DNA from: the human T2T-CHM13v2.0 reference genome, Homo sapiens
Assembly: GCF_009914755.1 (NCBI RefSeq)
Contig: NC_060939.1
Reading direction: 5' to 3' (one strand)
Length of the DNA stretch: 64,000 bases
Shown one piece after another: positions 31,365-46,240 of this stretch. The notes below the pieces were generated by a model. The model was not told where the DNA came from, searched no databases, and saw nothing but the letters and a program-made list of their open reading frames with translations. The position numbers and the translations under genes were made by a program. Numbering within the stretch: the stretch's first letter is position 1; each line of letters begins with the position of its first letter.

Positions 31365-31866
31365 ATTATGATGAAAAAGATGAAGTCCCAGAGAAAGGGA
31401 TGCAGCAAAAAATTCACATTAAAATAATTCTTGAAAATAATTCACACAATTACAAATGCATTCGACAAAAGGTTGGAAGCTGATCCAAGCTTAGAAAGAA
31501 GCCTGACAATTCACCAAGGGTATAGAAAAGATGCCTGCTTCATATGGCAAGTAGCGTGGTGAAAGAAGAGAAGCGCTTTTCAAACTACTTTTGATAAGTT
31601 TCTTATAAATAAAGTACTTTAATTCTCAATGTTTCTCATGTTTTAAATTACAGTGTACTAAATACATATTAGTTTTACTATTTTTTGATTTCCTTATATG
31701 TTTATAATTGATAGTATGATCAATTTTAGCGCTTTGACAAAAAATTCTTAAAAGTCAAAAATCAATCATATATTTTTTTACAGTTATTAAGAATACTTTG
31801 TGGGGTTACAGCTTCTTGGTCATTTTTGTAGTTCTCCTCTGCCATGCTAAGTAGGGATTGCCCGTA
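31365..31866 (+). mobile_element. MER97/Tigger6-like TcMar-Tigger remnant
   Basis: gttggaagctgatccaagcttagaaag...ttttaaattacagtgtactaaat, ending in a TIR-like gggattgcccg followed by TA. Confidence 0.75.
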
Positions 31867-32166
31867 TAGCATGTTGATTTTGCATATGTGTTTCACTTAA
31901 GGAATTTCAATGTAAGGGAAAAAAAACATTTTTAATTCGGTTTGTTTTCCTTAGGCTTTATATTCTTTAGGAGGCAGTTTTGCCTATGACAAGTTGATTA
32001 AAACTAAGTAAGCTTATTAATATCTAAAAGGACTGTTAACTGTAGAAAAATAGTTTCTTTATTGAAGGGTTGTCGGCACGTCTAATTTATTAGCTTTGTC
32101 ATCGTCTGTGAGTGAGAACATAAATCTTGTTTAGTGATCAAGATGAAAAACACTTGGAATACCTAC

Positions 32167-32345
32167 CATAGCAAAATTCTCCACATACTTTCCAAAGATA
32201 AACACATACATCACCTTAGGCTCCTAAGTGGGAAAGTTTGATTACCTACATCCAAAAATATGAAACCCTATTATAGATGTCACATGAATGAAAACTGCAC
32301 AGCAGAACTTTCCATTGATAATAGCACTATGATTCCAAAAGTGGG
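32167..32345 (-). pseudogene. Fossil exon candidate 8 (179 nt) with a frameshifted EF-hand-like motif
   Basis: Acceptor ttggcattttgaatttttag|CCC, donor ATG|gtaggt. Reads PLLES*CYYQWKVLLCSFHSCDIYN/GFIFLDV...; restoring one base gives 180 nt, phase 2 to 2. Confidence 0.55.
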
Positions 32346-32504
32346 CTAAAAATTCAAAATGCCAACAAAAATAAACAAGCAAAATGCCTTTAAATATCTA
32401 AAATAGTATAAAATGTGACCAAACATGGTCGTCTTAGAAATAAGAGCTAAAGGGTGGTGTTTACTCAAAAAGTTAGGGGCATCAGGTCTTTGGGATGAAT
32501 TTGA

Positions 32505-33470
32505 GGTCTTATTAGTGAGTCAGTCATGTCCAATTCAAACTAGCTTGAGAAACGCAGGAATAGGAATTTATTGGCTCAACGTACAGGGGCTGTAACTCAG
32601 GCATGGCTCACTCCAGGTTCTCCACACCGCCTGCAAATTTGCACGTCTCCATCTCTCAGCTCTGCTTTCCTTTTCGGTGGCTCCCCTCTCAAACAGGCAA
32701 GATAATTTCTGAAAGTTCCAGACCTGCATCCTCTGGCTTAGCAACTCCAGCCAGAAGAGAGCTCTTCTATTCATACGGGAACGCCCAGAGTTTCAAGACT
32801 GACTCACGGCCCCGGGTGCGGTGGCTCACGCCTATAATCCCAGCACTTTGGGAGGCCGAGGTGGGCGGATCATTTGAGGTCAAGAATTCGAGATCAGCCT
32901 GGCCAACATGGTGAACCCCGTCTCTACTAAAGATACAAAAAATTAGCCGGGCGTGGTGGCATGTGCCTGTAATCCCAGCTACTCAAGAGGCTGAGGCAGA
33001 AGAATAGCTTGAACCCGGGAGAGGGAGGTTGCAGTGAGCTGAGATCGCATCACTGCACTCCAGCCTGGGTGACAAGAGCGACAATCCATCTAAAAAAAAA
33101 ATAGCCAGGCGTGGTGGCACATGCCTGTAATCCCAGCTACTCGGGAGGTTGAGGCAGGAGAATCGCTTGAACGCGGGAGGTGAGGTTGCAGTGAGCCAAG
33201 ATAGCACCACTGCATTCCAGCCTGGGCGACACAGCGAGACTCTGTCTCAAAAAAACAAACACAAAGACAAAATAACAACAACAAAAAAACCCCCTGACTT
33301 TTGGCTCGTTGGATTAGCACTGGTGTCTCTACAACTAGAACATATGCCCATCCTGGGGCTGGAGAGGAGGACAACATGAGCTCTTGCAAACCACACTGGC
33401 TGGCTGTGTGAGGGGTTGGTTTCCCCTGAAAGAAATCTGGGATCTCCAAGAGCAGGATAAATAAAAAACA
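32505..33470 (-). mobile_element. Old MaLR LTR (MLT1-like) interrupted by an Alu
   Basis: tcaaactagcttgagaaa...atttattggctca...gcaactccag. Confidence 0.6.
32808..33290 (+). mobile_element. AluS dimer followed directly by an extra right arm
   Basis: Second right arm begins at about 33101, immediately after an A run. Confidence 0.9.
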
Positions 33471-33839
33471 GGGCAGGTAAAAGGGACAGATGATCATAAC
33501 GGAATGACACAGAGCTTGAGAGTTTGAAAGATTTTCGAGATTAAATTCTAGGCTAAGTTCTACCAAGAAGAGATCTAGGTTACAGCCTTCTGCAAGGCAA
33601 TGAATCCATTTCTGCTTTTCTTCCCACGTGGCCAGAAAGTTAATTCTGTGGATGAACAATTCCGGATGTTTGAGTTTTTATACTGTTGTTCAAATCTACC
33701 TTGCTGCAGTTTCTACTGTGGGCCCAAGTTCTATCTCCAGGAACACCAGAGTAGCAAATACTTAGTCCTTGAACACAGCTACTATCATCCTTCCCACCAG
33801 GGTTCTGAAGGCTGCCTCCCCACCGCACACACATACACA

Positions 33840-34208
33840 GCCAGAGGAAGATTAACTGTGAAGCGGTCACAGTTCAGGCTTCAGGGCCTCTCCCCACTGC
33901 AAGCCCATGGGTGCTGAGAGTTAGAGAGATTCCTAGGAGGGGAGGGGAAGCCAGGCTCCCACCAGGAAGCCATTTCTGCCTACATATCTCTGGTAAACTG
34001 CCTAGAGCTCTCAAAAGGAAAGTGACCTCAATCCTTAAGTCTCCAATGATTTATTGTGATCTGTTTTCTCATTCAAAATAAGCAGTCAAATTCCCATTTA
34101 CTTTGGTCATTGTAATTTTGCATTCATTTTCTTGAAGGAGATTCTCCCCTTCTCACTCCTACTGTATTATACCAGGTTTAGACCCCACAAAACCTGGATC
34201 TGCCACTG
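33840..34208 (-). mobile_element. hAT-Tip100 (Zaphod-related) MER element
   Basis: Minus strand begins cagtggcagatccaggttttgtggggtct. Confidence 0.6.
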
Positions 34209-34673
34209 TATAGAGCCTTTCCCCTTTCTCTTCTGTCCTTTTAATGCTGTAGCTTCCAGGTATTTTTCTATCTAGAGCAGCCTCCAGCTTTTTAAAGTTG
34301 GATGTCTAGAGCTGGAAAAAATGCCATGGATATGCTTTGGCTTGCAGAGTCAGGCAGGATCTCATTCTCTTCTCCTGGTGCCTGTGGTTCCATTAATGCA
34401 GGCCTGGGTGGTGACAGCCTCACTTTCACAGCACGTGCCTCACATGGCTTGTTCATTTCATCTGGGGTCTGTGCGGAACAGTAGCTCTTCTTCACTCTCT
34501 ACTGTTTTGAGTACAGGTTTTGTAGTTAATGGATAGGTAACCAATTGTCAAGGTTGGTTGGAATTATTACTTCTAATGTGGCCATCATTGCCTGCTTTGA
34601 GGGACAAAATTTTAAATGTAACACAAATGTCCAGAATGCAGGTTTTTGAGGAAAAGGAAAAATGAAATCTTAC

Positions 34674-35323
<650 letters not shown>

Positions 35324-36440
35324 CTAAAGGAGTGAATTGAAGTGGATTTGTACTCATTTCAGTATGGCCCTTTGTTGTGGCATTATTGGAAACACCACTA
35401 TGTTTTCTCCACATATGCTGAGTGAGTAAGCGTTCATATAGCACAGAGGCAGCAAATAGGTTTAAACAAGTAAGCAACTTTTAATTACTGGTAGTAACTG
35501 GAAGCTTTCTGATAAGAAAGATTCTGAGGCCAGGTCTAAATGCATCAAGAGGTCTGTGATCAATTAGCATTGTCTGTGATGAGCACAAGAAGCAGAAGTG
35601 GCAGCATTCATATTTTATGTTTGCCAGCTGGGATCAACTAGTTTATAAACCCCTTGAGATTAAAGACCTAATTCATGTGTTACATGGCATTTGGCAAGTA
35701 GAAATTCAAGATTATTGAATGAAAGATCATGGAGTTTTGCCAACTACCATTATGCTTTGTAAAATGCATACAATAAAGGCTCAGTTAGCCAAAATCCAAT
35801 TAATTACAATCTCAAAATATTAGATTTTCCATTTCCAGAATCTAATAAGAAAAAGAAACAAAACCAAAACCTATATATTTAGAAACTAACCTTCAGGGTT
35901 TCAGTCCAGATTAATGAATGCAATTAATTGCCTAGTCTTTCTGGATCCACAATCCTAGTTCTTATACAACAATGAGTGATGCTCAGAATTTCAGTGTAGG
36001 GTGAACCCTCAGTTATCAATTTTCAAAATCACCAGACTATACTTATTAAGTTTAGGAAGTGGGCCCAAACACTTCAAACAGTAAAGTTTTATCTGTTTTT
36101 ATTTTATTGTGTAAAAGAGAAGAGCCTCTTGTTAGATAAATGCTCACTAATGGTGAACTTCTTTACTAGATTGTAAGCTCCTAAAGGGTTCCAAATGTTT
36201 GATGATGTTTGATTTGCCGCTATATTCCTGCATCACCTAACACTGTTCCTCAAATATTGTGCTGCTCAGAAAGTGTTTGATGTAAGAACGAATGAATGAA
36301 TGAACAAACAGATTTTTCTTGGAATCTTCCTTCTGCCCCTTTGCCTTTAAGGATTAATGTGAGCATTTTCCTCCCTTTCCTCCTTACTGTGATATGTGAG
36401 GTATCTTGGGTCTGGGCCATGGCTACACTTTTCAGAGCTA

Positions 36441-36890
<450 letters not shown>

Positions 36891-38731
36891 GCATTGGCAG
36901 TTGAGTGGGGCCTGAAGTTCACAGACTCTGGTTTGAGGCCTATATTTTGCTTCCTCTTTAAATTTCAGTTTACTCATCTGTACAATGGAAATAGCACTAC
37001 TTTCTTCTTCTTAAATTTGCCACGAGGATGAAATAAAATAAAAATTATGAAAGTCCTTTGAAAATGATGACATCTCCATAAAAACAGGAGACATTAGGTC
37101 TCCTTACAATTCTGCAACTAAGTAACAACATGGCTTTGGGCACATCCCTCCATCCTTCTCACTCTCAATTTTCTCATCTTTAAACGGAGAGGGTTGAATG
37201 ACATGCTCTCTAGTGCACTTTCAACTCCCAATGTTATGTACACACAGCTGGGGCTCTCCGCTCTGGAGAGAGGAAAGAGCGGGGCTGAACCAAGCTATTT
37301 CCTGAAATGACTTAGACAAGCCATTCAATGCTCTTTGCCCATTTACAAGAAGCAGCCATTTGAGGCTACCAACTTTCATTCTGGAGAATGGGCCAGAGAA
37401 AAATGCACTTTGGATGATCAAGAGCCCTCCATTTGGTCCTCATAGAGCTTCATTTGGGAGTTTGAGAAGTTCAGAAGCCAAAGAGGTGCTAACAGGAAAG
37501 CGAAGAACATTGATGATTTTAGGCTCCTACTGACTCAGGTAACCTGTTAGGCATTGTAAGCATATTAACTCATTTAGGCTTCACAACAATTTTTCAAATT
37601 AACTATGATAGCCATTTCCCAGAAAAGAGCTCACTAACATTTGGAGATGTTGCATAACTCATGGAAAGACTGAAACTCGGGGCTGTTTGGCTCCCATTGT
37701 TTTCCTTATATTATTCCACTCCTAAGGTACCCAAACCACAGAGCGTTCTGAAGCAAAATTGCCTGTGGATCTGGAGGCAAAGACTGTGGCAGTGTCTACA
37801 AACCTCTGTATGCAGGAAACACAAGGAGGAAAACAAATAAACACCAAGGGCTTCCTGGAGATGCTGAGAACTGACCCTGGCGAGCATCTACCTCTGATGT
37901 AAAATACATGTGGCCAATGGCATGCACCTGCACCTCGGGCTTTCAGGTGCGATGCTGCGGCAGGTAGGTTCTTTTCCAAACACTTCTCAAGGTGTGGATC
38001 TGCTCAGATACCCACTTTTCCAGGCTGCAGCCTTCCATGTTCACAGTCCTGCTGCCAAATCCCCAGAGGGAATTTCTAAATTACTCAATTCCCTATGCCT
38101 GTATTTATATCTTAATGATAGGACATTAAGATGCAAATTAAACAGAAACTTAGTAAGCAAATCATGTCACTTTCTAATGGATACATCAATAAAGGCATGA
38201 ACAGAGGCACCACACTGTTGCCAAGCCCCGAGGAAAGATTTCAAAGGCCCACCTGCAAGCCCCAGGCATGCAATGTGTTAGAAATTCTATCTGGCCAAAG
38301 TATTTATGGTCAGGGCTTTTACCCCACCCCAGTAGCTGAACTTTTTGATGCTATCCTTTCACCCCCTTTCAATGCTGACTTGGCTCTGCAGATGTGCAGG
38401 TTCCCAAAGGTGTTGATGTTCTTTGCCGGTGTGGTTTACAAGGTTACAAAGGGGAACACAAACCCCTCGGAGTAAAACACTCAAACCACCAAAACATGGC
38501 TCAATTTCTGCTCTACATTTTTACTGTTGCCATTTGTCTCCTTTTTCTGTTTTCCTGTTTTTTCCTCTCAACAATTGCCTGTGATCCCCTAAACTAAGGT
38601 TTTTTGTTTGTTTGTTTAGGCAGAACTTGCCCATATAAAAAGCTACTTTATTATCAAATCATTGGCTTCTACAATCAAATTTACTTTAGCTGCCATATCT
38701 TAGAAGGTCAAGTTGTATATCATACATTTCA

Positions 38732-39093
<362 letters not shown>

Positions 39094-42000
39094 GCTTAAT
39101 GAAATGTTTGGTGGAGAAATATTTTAATCCCCTAATTTATCATCAAATTCTTACTAAGATGATTGTGCTCTTGGAAGGCCAGAAGCTCTGGGTTCTGGTC
39201 ATAACTCTGTCCCTAATTAGCTGTGTGATCTTGGGAAAATTATAACCCCTCTCACTGGGTCTTGCTTTCTCCATCTACAGAATGACCAGGGAGGTGGCCT
39301 CTGTAGTCCCTTCATTAATTTGGGTGAGGACAGGATTCAGGTCTGTCATGTTCATTTTTGCAAAAATCTAGATCTGTAGGATCTAGCACACATCTGAAAT
39401 ATAGCAAGCTCTCCATGAATATTTGCTGAAGGAAAACATTCAGAATGCTGTAATGCTAAATTTTAAATTGATGTCAAGGTGTACTTTAAACTTGTATTTG
39501 CTGTTAAAAACCAAACCAAACAGTTCCTGATTGCTTCAAGTTTTTGTGGTTTCTTTCTACCCAGGACTCAGGTGTTTTCTGCACAACTCTTGGAAGCATT
39601 GAGTCCTTTCATAAGCAAAACTCCACACCTACTTTCAAGCAGACTCACTGCCCTCCTGGGGTGTTTCTCACCAAACCAGACACAAGTGGTAGGGTTTTAC
39701 AGGGCAGCAAAGACATGGTGCCCATGTGAGGAATTCAAGTTCATTCATCTCAAAAAAAAGTATTTATTGGATACCGAGTGACACCTTACATGTAACATTA
39801 GTATGGGGCAAAGGCAATACCAAGAAAGCCTTGGAAGCCAAGGATCCAGAAAAGGCTCATCTGCATCACACAACCCCTAGATCATATTTTTAGAGATTGT
39901 TTCAATGTTGGTCACTTTTTCTGAAGTCCTTCTAGTGTTTACAGTAAGTTTATACAAACTGACACATGTACTGTTTAATTTAGCTCCTGATCTTTTTATT
40001 GTTTTCTTGTTTCTTGTTTATATTGTTTATTATTTTTCATTTATTTACCTAAGTTGGGGACTTTTAAAGTCAGGGTCCAGAGATAGGTTTCCAAATGGTG
40101 GTGGTGGGGGGCATGAGTACTGAGAATTATGCATGCACAAATTTTTATGTGTATGTGCGTTTTTCTGTGAGAGCATTCATAGCTTTTAACGGATTTCAAT
40201 GGATCTGTGACCCCCAATACATTAAAAGCCACGTGAATTTATATCTCCAACTCCACTTCAGCCAGAATCATGCTTTCTAACGCCTCCCTTTCCCTCAGTA
40301 TCTAACCTTGTGGTGGGCATCCAATATTCCCCCAGACCATTCTTGCTACTGCAAGCTCTGGGAAGGGTTGTTTGATATTGAAAAGACATCTTTATTGGAG
40401 AAGATAGCCCCATGAGTCTCCCTCTAGTTCTTCAGACTGTTCAAGTTGATTGTACAAAGATTCAAATCTACCAAGTGAAATGAAACTCCAAGAAAGCTAG
40501 CAAATGCCAACTTCTCATATTCCCTTAAATACTGAGGAATAAGGGGGACTTTTTCTTGGGAATAATATTAGAATCTGCAGAATGCCTTCTTACCAGATTT
40601 TACAATGTATGTGGGCAAAGGACTTGGGTTAAAGGCCTGGGACGACCAGGTAGACTGCTGAAACTGAACAAAATATTGAATCCAAGAACTTGGATGCAGT
40701 AGTGGGCTGGTGAAGTGGAGGAGAGGGCATCTGTGATAGAAGAATCATGGCCAGTGAGATCTGCCTAGGGTGGTCATGCAGAGTGAATCAACAAGCACAC
40801 GAAGGACTCCAGACAGGTGGCCCACATCTCTTGTCTTCAGAGTTTCCATAGCCAATAGAATTATGCACAGAATGGTGCACTCTCTTTTTCTCTTTTGTAG
40901 TGTAAATTATGATTTCAGGAAAGGAATCCAAGGCTATTCTTGGAGGAAAACCTGTAGACAACAATATCTTGTAGAAATGGTAGTATGATTTTCTCACAAA
41001 GGAGAGGAGAGCACTCTGGAGAAAAACCTGGACTTCAAGGTGGGGGTAGACTTGGCAGACAGAAGAAACAGGAGTTGTTCAAGGTCAGCTCTCTACCTAG
41101 CTGATCCTCTATCTTTAATTCAGGGTCTTTAACCCACACTATTTATAAAATCTAATAGGAAGGAGTCTGGGCATTCTGGCTTCATTCCCAGCAAGGTCCT
41201 CGGTCCCTCTGCTTGGTTCGCTCCTCTGCTTCCCTCACTTCCTTAGTTCCTGGGCCTACCTGGCTCCTGACCTTTTGACTTCATTTCCCACTCCTGGTTC
41301 TGCTCCTACCTCTTGGGAATTATGACATACTTGGCTAGTCCAGTTTTTCAACCAACTTTGACTGTGTGCATTCTCTTAAGGACATGGTGGGGTCCTGCCA
41401 GCTACTCTGTTTCCTGCCATTCCATCCAGGAAAGGCAAGGGCACTTGGCAGAGCCCCCCGTGAGTGATGAGGCTCCTATTGGTCAAAAGGGATTCAGAAG
41501 AATCTGAATAATTTGAGGGTAGGCTACAACTTTGCGATGTCAAAAAATAAAGTGGCCTAGAATGTTACGGATAGATGTATATCAATTAGCAATTAGCAAG
41601 CAAATTCTGTTGGAATATGTATCCTTTGGCAGTTCCACCCCATCTCATCCTCCACCACAAACACACAAAGCCATGCTATTAAATTAATGACAGCTCTATC
41701 TTCCAAGTATTTGGAAGTATTTCCATCTTACAATGGAAGAAAATAGAGTAAACATGACATTTCTACAAGCCAGGATGCTTAGGATGTAAGGAATTCTGAA
41801 TATCTGAAATTTCTAGTAGAACTTCTGGTTGGAGATACACATTCTCTATCCTTTGATACAATAAATATATTTTAAATAATTTACTCTGAGAATACAATTA
41901 AAGATGTATAGATATTGCAACATGATGTGTATAGTAATGACTTTATGCACAGTGAAGAACTGACATACATATGACACACCTGTTAGGCATGGGAGCCAGT

Positions 42001-42262
42001 GGAGAGCATAACGCCATTTATGTCACTTTTTGAAAGTTTGGCAGGGTTGTGCAATCAGTCATGCTTGAAGGGTGATAATGGATCTTTTCGTTGGGTTCCT
42101 CTCATTCCCTGCCTTCACACCCTGATCTTTACTCTTGCTTCCTGTGATTGCACTCACGAACAAAAGTGTAGCACATAAGCCCTTCTCGGGTCTGCTTTCT
42201 GGGAAACCCAGGCTACAACAAAGAATGCAGGAAACTAGTGGTTCTCAGTGGCCTTTGGGTAG

Positions 42263-42264
<2 letters not shown>

Positions 42265-42307
<43 letters not shown>

Positions 42308-42312
42308 TGTGT

Positions 42313-42344
<32 letters not shown>

Positions 42345-42363
42345 CAGAGAAAGAGAGAGAGAG
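42265..42363. repeat. Compound (GT)n(GA)n microsatellite
   Basis: Seen directly. Confidence 0.97.
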
Positions 42364-42436
42364 AATTTTGTAGGGAATTGAGAGAGAACAGGTTTTTTCT
42401 CCCATTTTGCCTGTCGCATCTCTCCTCTTTCTCCTC

Positions 42437-43068
42437 TGTATTAGTCAGGGTCCAATCAGGAAGTAGAAACACCACCAATTGTTCAAACAGATAAATCTTA
42501 ATATAAAGATGTGTTAACTAGTAAAGGTGGTTAACTAGGAAAAAGAACAAGATGAACCCTAACGGGTTTAGAAGTAGCACGTTCATAGAGCAATAAGAAG
42601 AAGGAACTAAGAACTTACCCCCTGCAAGAGGAAAAGTCAGCCTGACGGTGGTAAAGACCCTTGCCAGAAGTTGTGGGCCAGAAGTGGGCTGTAGGAGCAG
42701 CTTTCCAGGTGCTGGAGAAACTCACCAGAGGCTGCAGATGGGAGCTGGTCCATAGCAATGGTCCGTGGATAGTGAAGACATTTGCTGGAGGGTGCAGACT
42801 GGCAGAGCTTGTGCACACAAGATACTGAGCTGAGCAGTGCCCAGCTTCCTTCACACTGCTCTGCTGGCTCCGAGGCCATGAACAGGAAGGGTAACTCCTT
42901 CCTTCTGTTTGGCCTTGAATGCTCACTCCAGACCCTCTCTTTAACAAGCTTAACATTAAGCCAGCTGGAAAAAGAGAAATGTTTACAGGACCCAGCTCCA
43001 GTATCAAGTGCAGAGCAGAGATAAATAAATTTGAAGTTGAGAGGTAATAAAAGGGTGACTGGCACATT
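42437..43068. mobile_element. Old ERVL/MaLR-type LTR
   Basis: tgtattagtcagggtccaatcaggaa...gactggcaca with TG...CA ends. Confidence 0.65.
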
Positions 43069-43284
43069 CACCTTCTCTGTGTAAACTTTAAACTCAAAAG
43101 CATGAACAGCACTCATTCTATAATGGCAAGTTTAAAAATGGGAAATAAAAAATATGCTATATAAATAAAATACCAGTGGTTACTATTTGATAATGCAACT
43201 ACATTTTATTTCTCAGACTTATCTGTATTATTCACATTTTCTAAAAGAAAATGTGTATCTATTTTTATCTGGAAAAAAGGGTTA

Positions 43285-43595
<311 letters not shown>

Positions 43596-45508
43596 TTTTC
43601 ATTTATTACAGAGGTACTAAATTCTTTTAGTAAACGTGTGACCCATTATTAAGCAAACATACTGGTAAGTTTGAAAGGGGCGTATACACATCCATGGGTC
43701 TAAAGGACAGTGCTTTTGAGGACATGCCAAGCAGGCTTCAGCTGGATTATCCCAGAGTCTCTGTCCCTCCTGTAAGCTGGGCCAGCATTCACCCTTAAGC
43801 TTCTTGTCTACATCCCACATTAATCACATAACATAAAAGGCACAAACCAGTGGTTCTTGCTCTATAGTCAGAACTACTGATGCTAATGCCCTTGTAAATT
43901 TTTTGGTGCCTTGAACTCTAAAATCTGCTTACATAGATCTTTGCAACCTGTTTGTCTTTGCTTTGCCTAAAAGTTCTTGAATTTTGCATCTTCTTTCCTA
44001 CCATTCCTAGGGAGCTTATCTGATCTCTCACCAATCTCCCTAGGCTTTGAAATTTAGCAACAGCAATATCAAATGACAGGTAGGTTCCCGCTGCCCTGCC
44101 TCTCCCATTTTATTCCTCAATCTTTCCCCCCTTCCTCTGGTCCTTTGTTCAGGACTCAATATCTTTGTCCATGCCAGTCCCCTGCTGAACTGGCCTTCCC
44201 TTCCTTTCAACCAGCTACCCCCGATAGTCCTTCAAGAGTCAGTTCAGGTGTCACTTTTCTAGAAAAACACCACCTGTAAAAGATCCTTGGTATACTTTTT
44301 TGCCTAGTGCATTCTGCATTATTTTGAAATTATTGCTTTAGGTGCCTTGCCTTCCAGGAAGATGGGCTCTGAGAGCATGTCGTCAGAGCTTCCTCTTGGC
44401 ATCCTCAGTATTGAACACAAGCTGGCACAGAGTGGGCATTCAATACCTCTTGGTGGAACTAAAATGTCTCCAAATCCTGTCTTCCCAGTCCCTTCCCTGT
44501 CATGTGCACCCTGGCATGATGGCGCCTCTGTCAGAAGGAGAACCCCGGGCCAGAGGAGCCAGGGGAGGAAGTCTTATGTTCTGGTGTTAATGCCAGCTCC
44601 TTATCAAGCTTATATCAATGCACGTTAGGCAGATCTATAGAAACAGACACATATACTCCTAAAAAACAGATTTTCATTTAAAAATATAAGAACAGAAAAA
44701 AGCAGATATCACTCCTTCTAAGCACTGTAGGTGATATCTACAGGTTCCATCTGACACACTTAAGAAGCCAGGGGAGTGAGTGGGAGTGTTATTTCATAGC
44801 CATGTCCAAATATCCCTTCCCTTGCACTTTCACAAACTCTGCCTTCAGGCACAAATAATTATCCATCTATCACTTTCACCAAAAATATGTATGAACAGGT
44901 GAAGCTGAAATGAGATCATATGCCTTGAGTTCTCATTACCATACCGTCCATTTCCCACACTAGAGACACCATTGCTCACACAATGGCACATGCTCCTCTG
45001 GCCTCCACCCAAATTACAAAACCCGTTCACATATGTTAGCTCATTTGATCATCACCAAAATACCACGTGGGTAAGCAAGGTTCATTGATCAGGTTATTAG
45101 GAGCAAGGACCGGGGGTGGATGAATGTCACAGGTAGGTAATGTGCTCATAGTACCCATAGTACGCAGGCAGGATTCGGTCACATGAGCTGGTGAGGTTGC
45201 AGCTTCCCCTTTGTCTGTATTTGCTTCTCAGGGAAGTCTCCTTCACAGAACCATAGTCTGCTCCTAACACCTGCTGACATATGACACCCAATAGGTGCTT
45301 AATGAATAAATGAATGAGTAAATGAAAACTGATTTCTCTTTAAGTACCTTCTATTAAACTAGTTATATCAGCTCAGCCTGAAGGATATAAACCCTGGAGA
45401 AAAGAATTTTTAAATCTAGGCATAGCTAGGGCCCTTTGCAAGCTCATAGCAGAGGATAAAGGAAGCCGGAGAAACACATTTAACTCAGCCAGGTACAGCC
45501 TGTCCTAC

Positions 45509-45674
45509 CAACTGCTTCCCTCTCTAGATAGTTCAATTCCCCTTCCCCCATCCATGACTCAAAGAGTTCCTTCATGTCCTTAATGTCAGACTCTAAATGT
45601 AAAGGTGACATCTTTTCTAATTGTCTATAGTGCACCCCGTGTGAGACCCATGCCAAGGGAGCTTCTGTCATTTT
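45509..45674 (-). pseudogene. Fossil exon candidate 6 (166 nt, phase 0 to 1, stop-free), or part of an ancient repeat
   Basis: Acceptor tctactgtcctttctttag|AAA, donor TTG|gtagga. Reads KMTEAPLAWVSHGVHYRQLEKMSPLHLESDIKDMKELFESWMGEGELNYLEREAV. The acceptor tract overlaps a hairpin arm, so a repeat origin is not excluded. Confidence 0.3.
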
Positions 45675-45679
45675 CTAAA

Positions 45680-45752
45680 GAAAGGACAGTAGAATGCAAA
45701 CTCCCTAAATGCTCACCAAGCATTTGAGGACTTTGCATTCTCCTGCCCTTTC
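45680..45752. repeat. Imperfect inverted repeat (34-bp arms, 5-nt loop)
   Basis: gaaaggacagtagaatgcaaactccctaaatgct-cacca-agcatttgaggactttgcattctcctgccctttc; 29 of 34 positions pair Watson-Crick. Confidence 0.9.
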
Positions 45753-45911
45753 AAAGTTTTGTTGTTACTATTTTAGGGAAATTTAGATTTCCAGGCCTAC
45801 ATCTGGCTAGTCTTGCTTAATGGAATGTAAAATCCTGTTTCTAAGGTGATTATGATTATTCAAGATCTTTGTTCATTAAATGGAGGATCTTGATCTTAGA
45901 AAGAAAGAAAG

Positions 45912-46240
45912 AGCCTGGGTAAGGAGGTTCATGCCTATAATCACAACACTTTGGGAAGCCAGGGCAGGAGGATTACTTGATCCCTGGAGTTTGAGACCAG
46001 CATGGACAACATGACGAAACCCCATCTCAACAAAAAATACAAAAATTAGCCAGGTGTGGTGGTGCACACCTGTAGTCCCAGCTACTTGGGAGGCTGAGAT
46101 TGGAGAATCACTTGAGCCTGGAAGGTTGAGATTGCGCCACTGTACTCCAGCCTGGGCAACAGAGTAAGACACTGATTCAAAAAAAAAGGAAAGCAAAGAA
46201 AAGAAAAGGAAAAAGGAAGGAAGGGAGGAAAGGAGAAAGG
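45912..46240 (+). mobile_element. AluJ-type with purine-rich tail
   Basis: Dimeric Alu with a small right-arm deletion. Confidence 0.9.

Noticed and set aside
37730-37805. Strong minus-strand acceptor tgtttcctgcatacag
   Set aside because: It has only a poor donor and no independent support; isolated acceptors are common in intronic DNA.
43174-43268. Minus-strand exon-like segment after cccttttttccag
   Set aside because: The sequence resembles an old L1ME/L1MC 3'-end fragment (aatacagataag...taaccactg), so it is better explained as a repeat.
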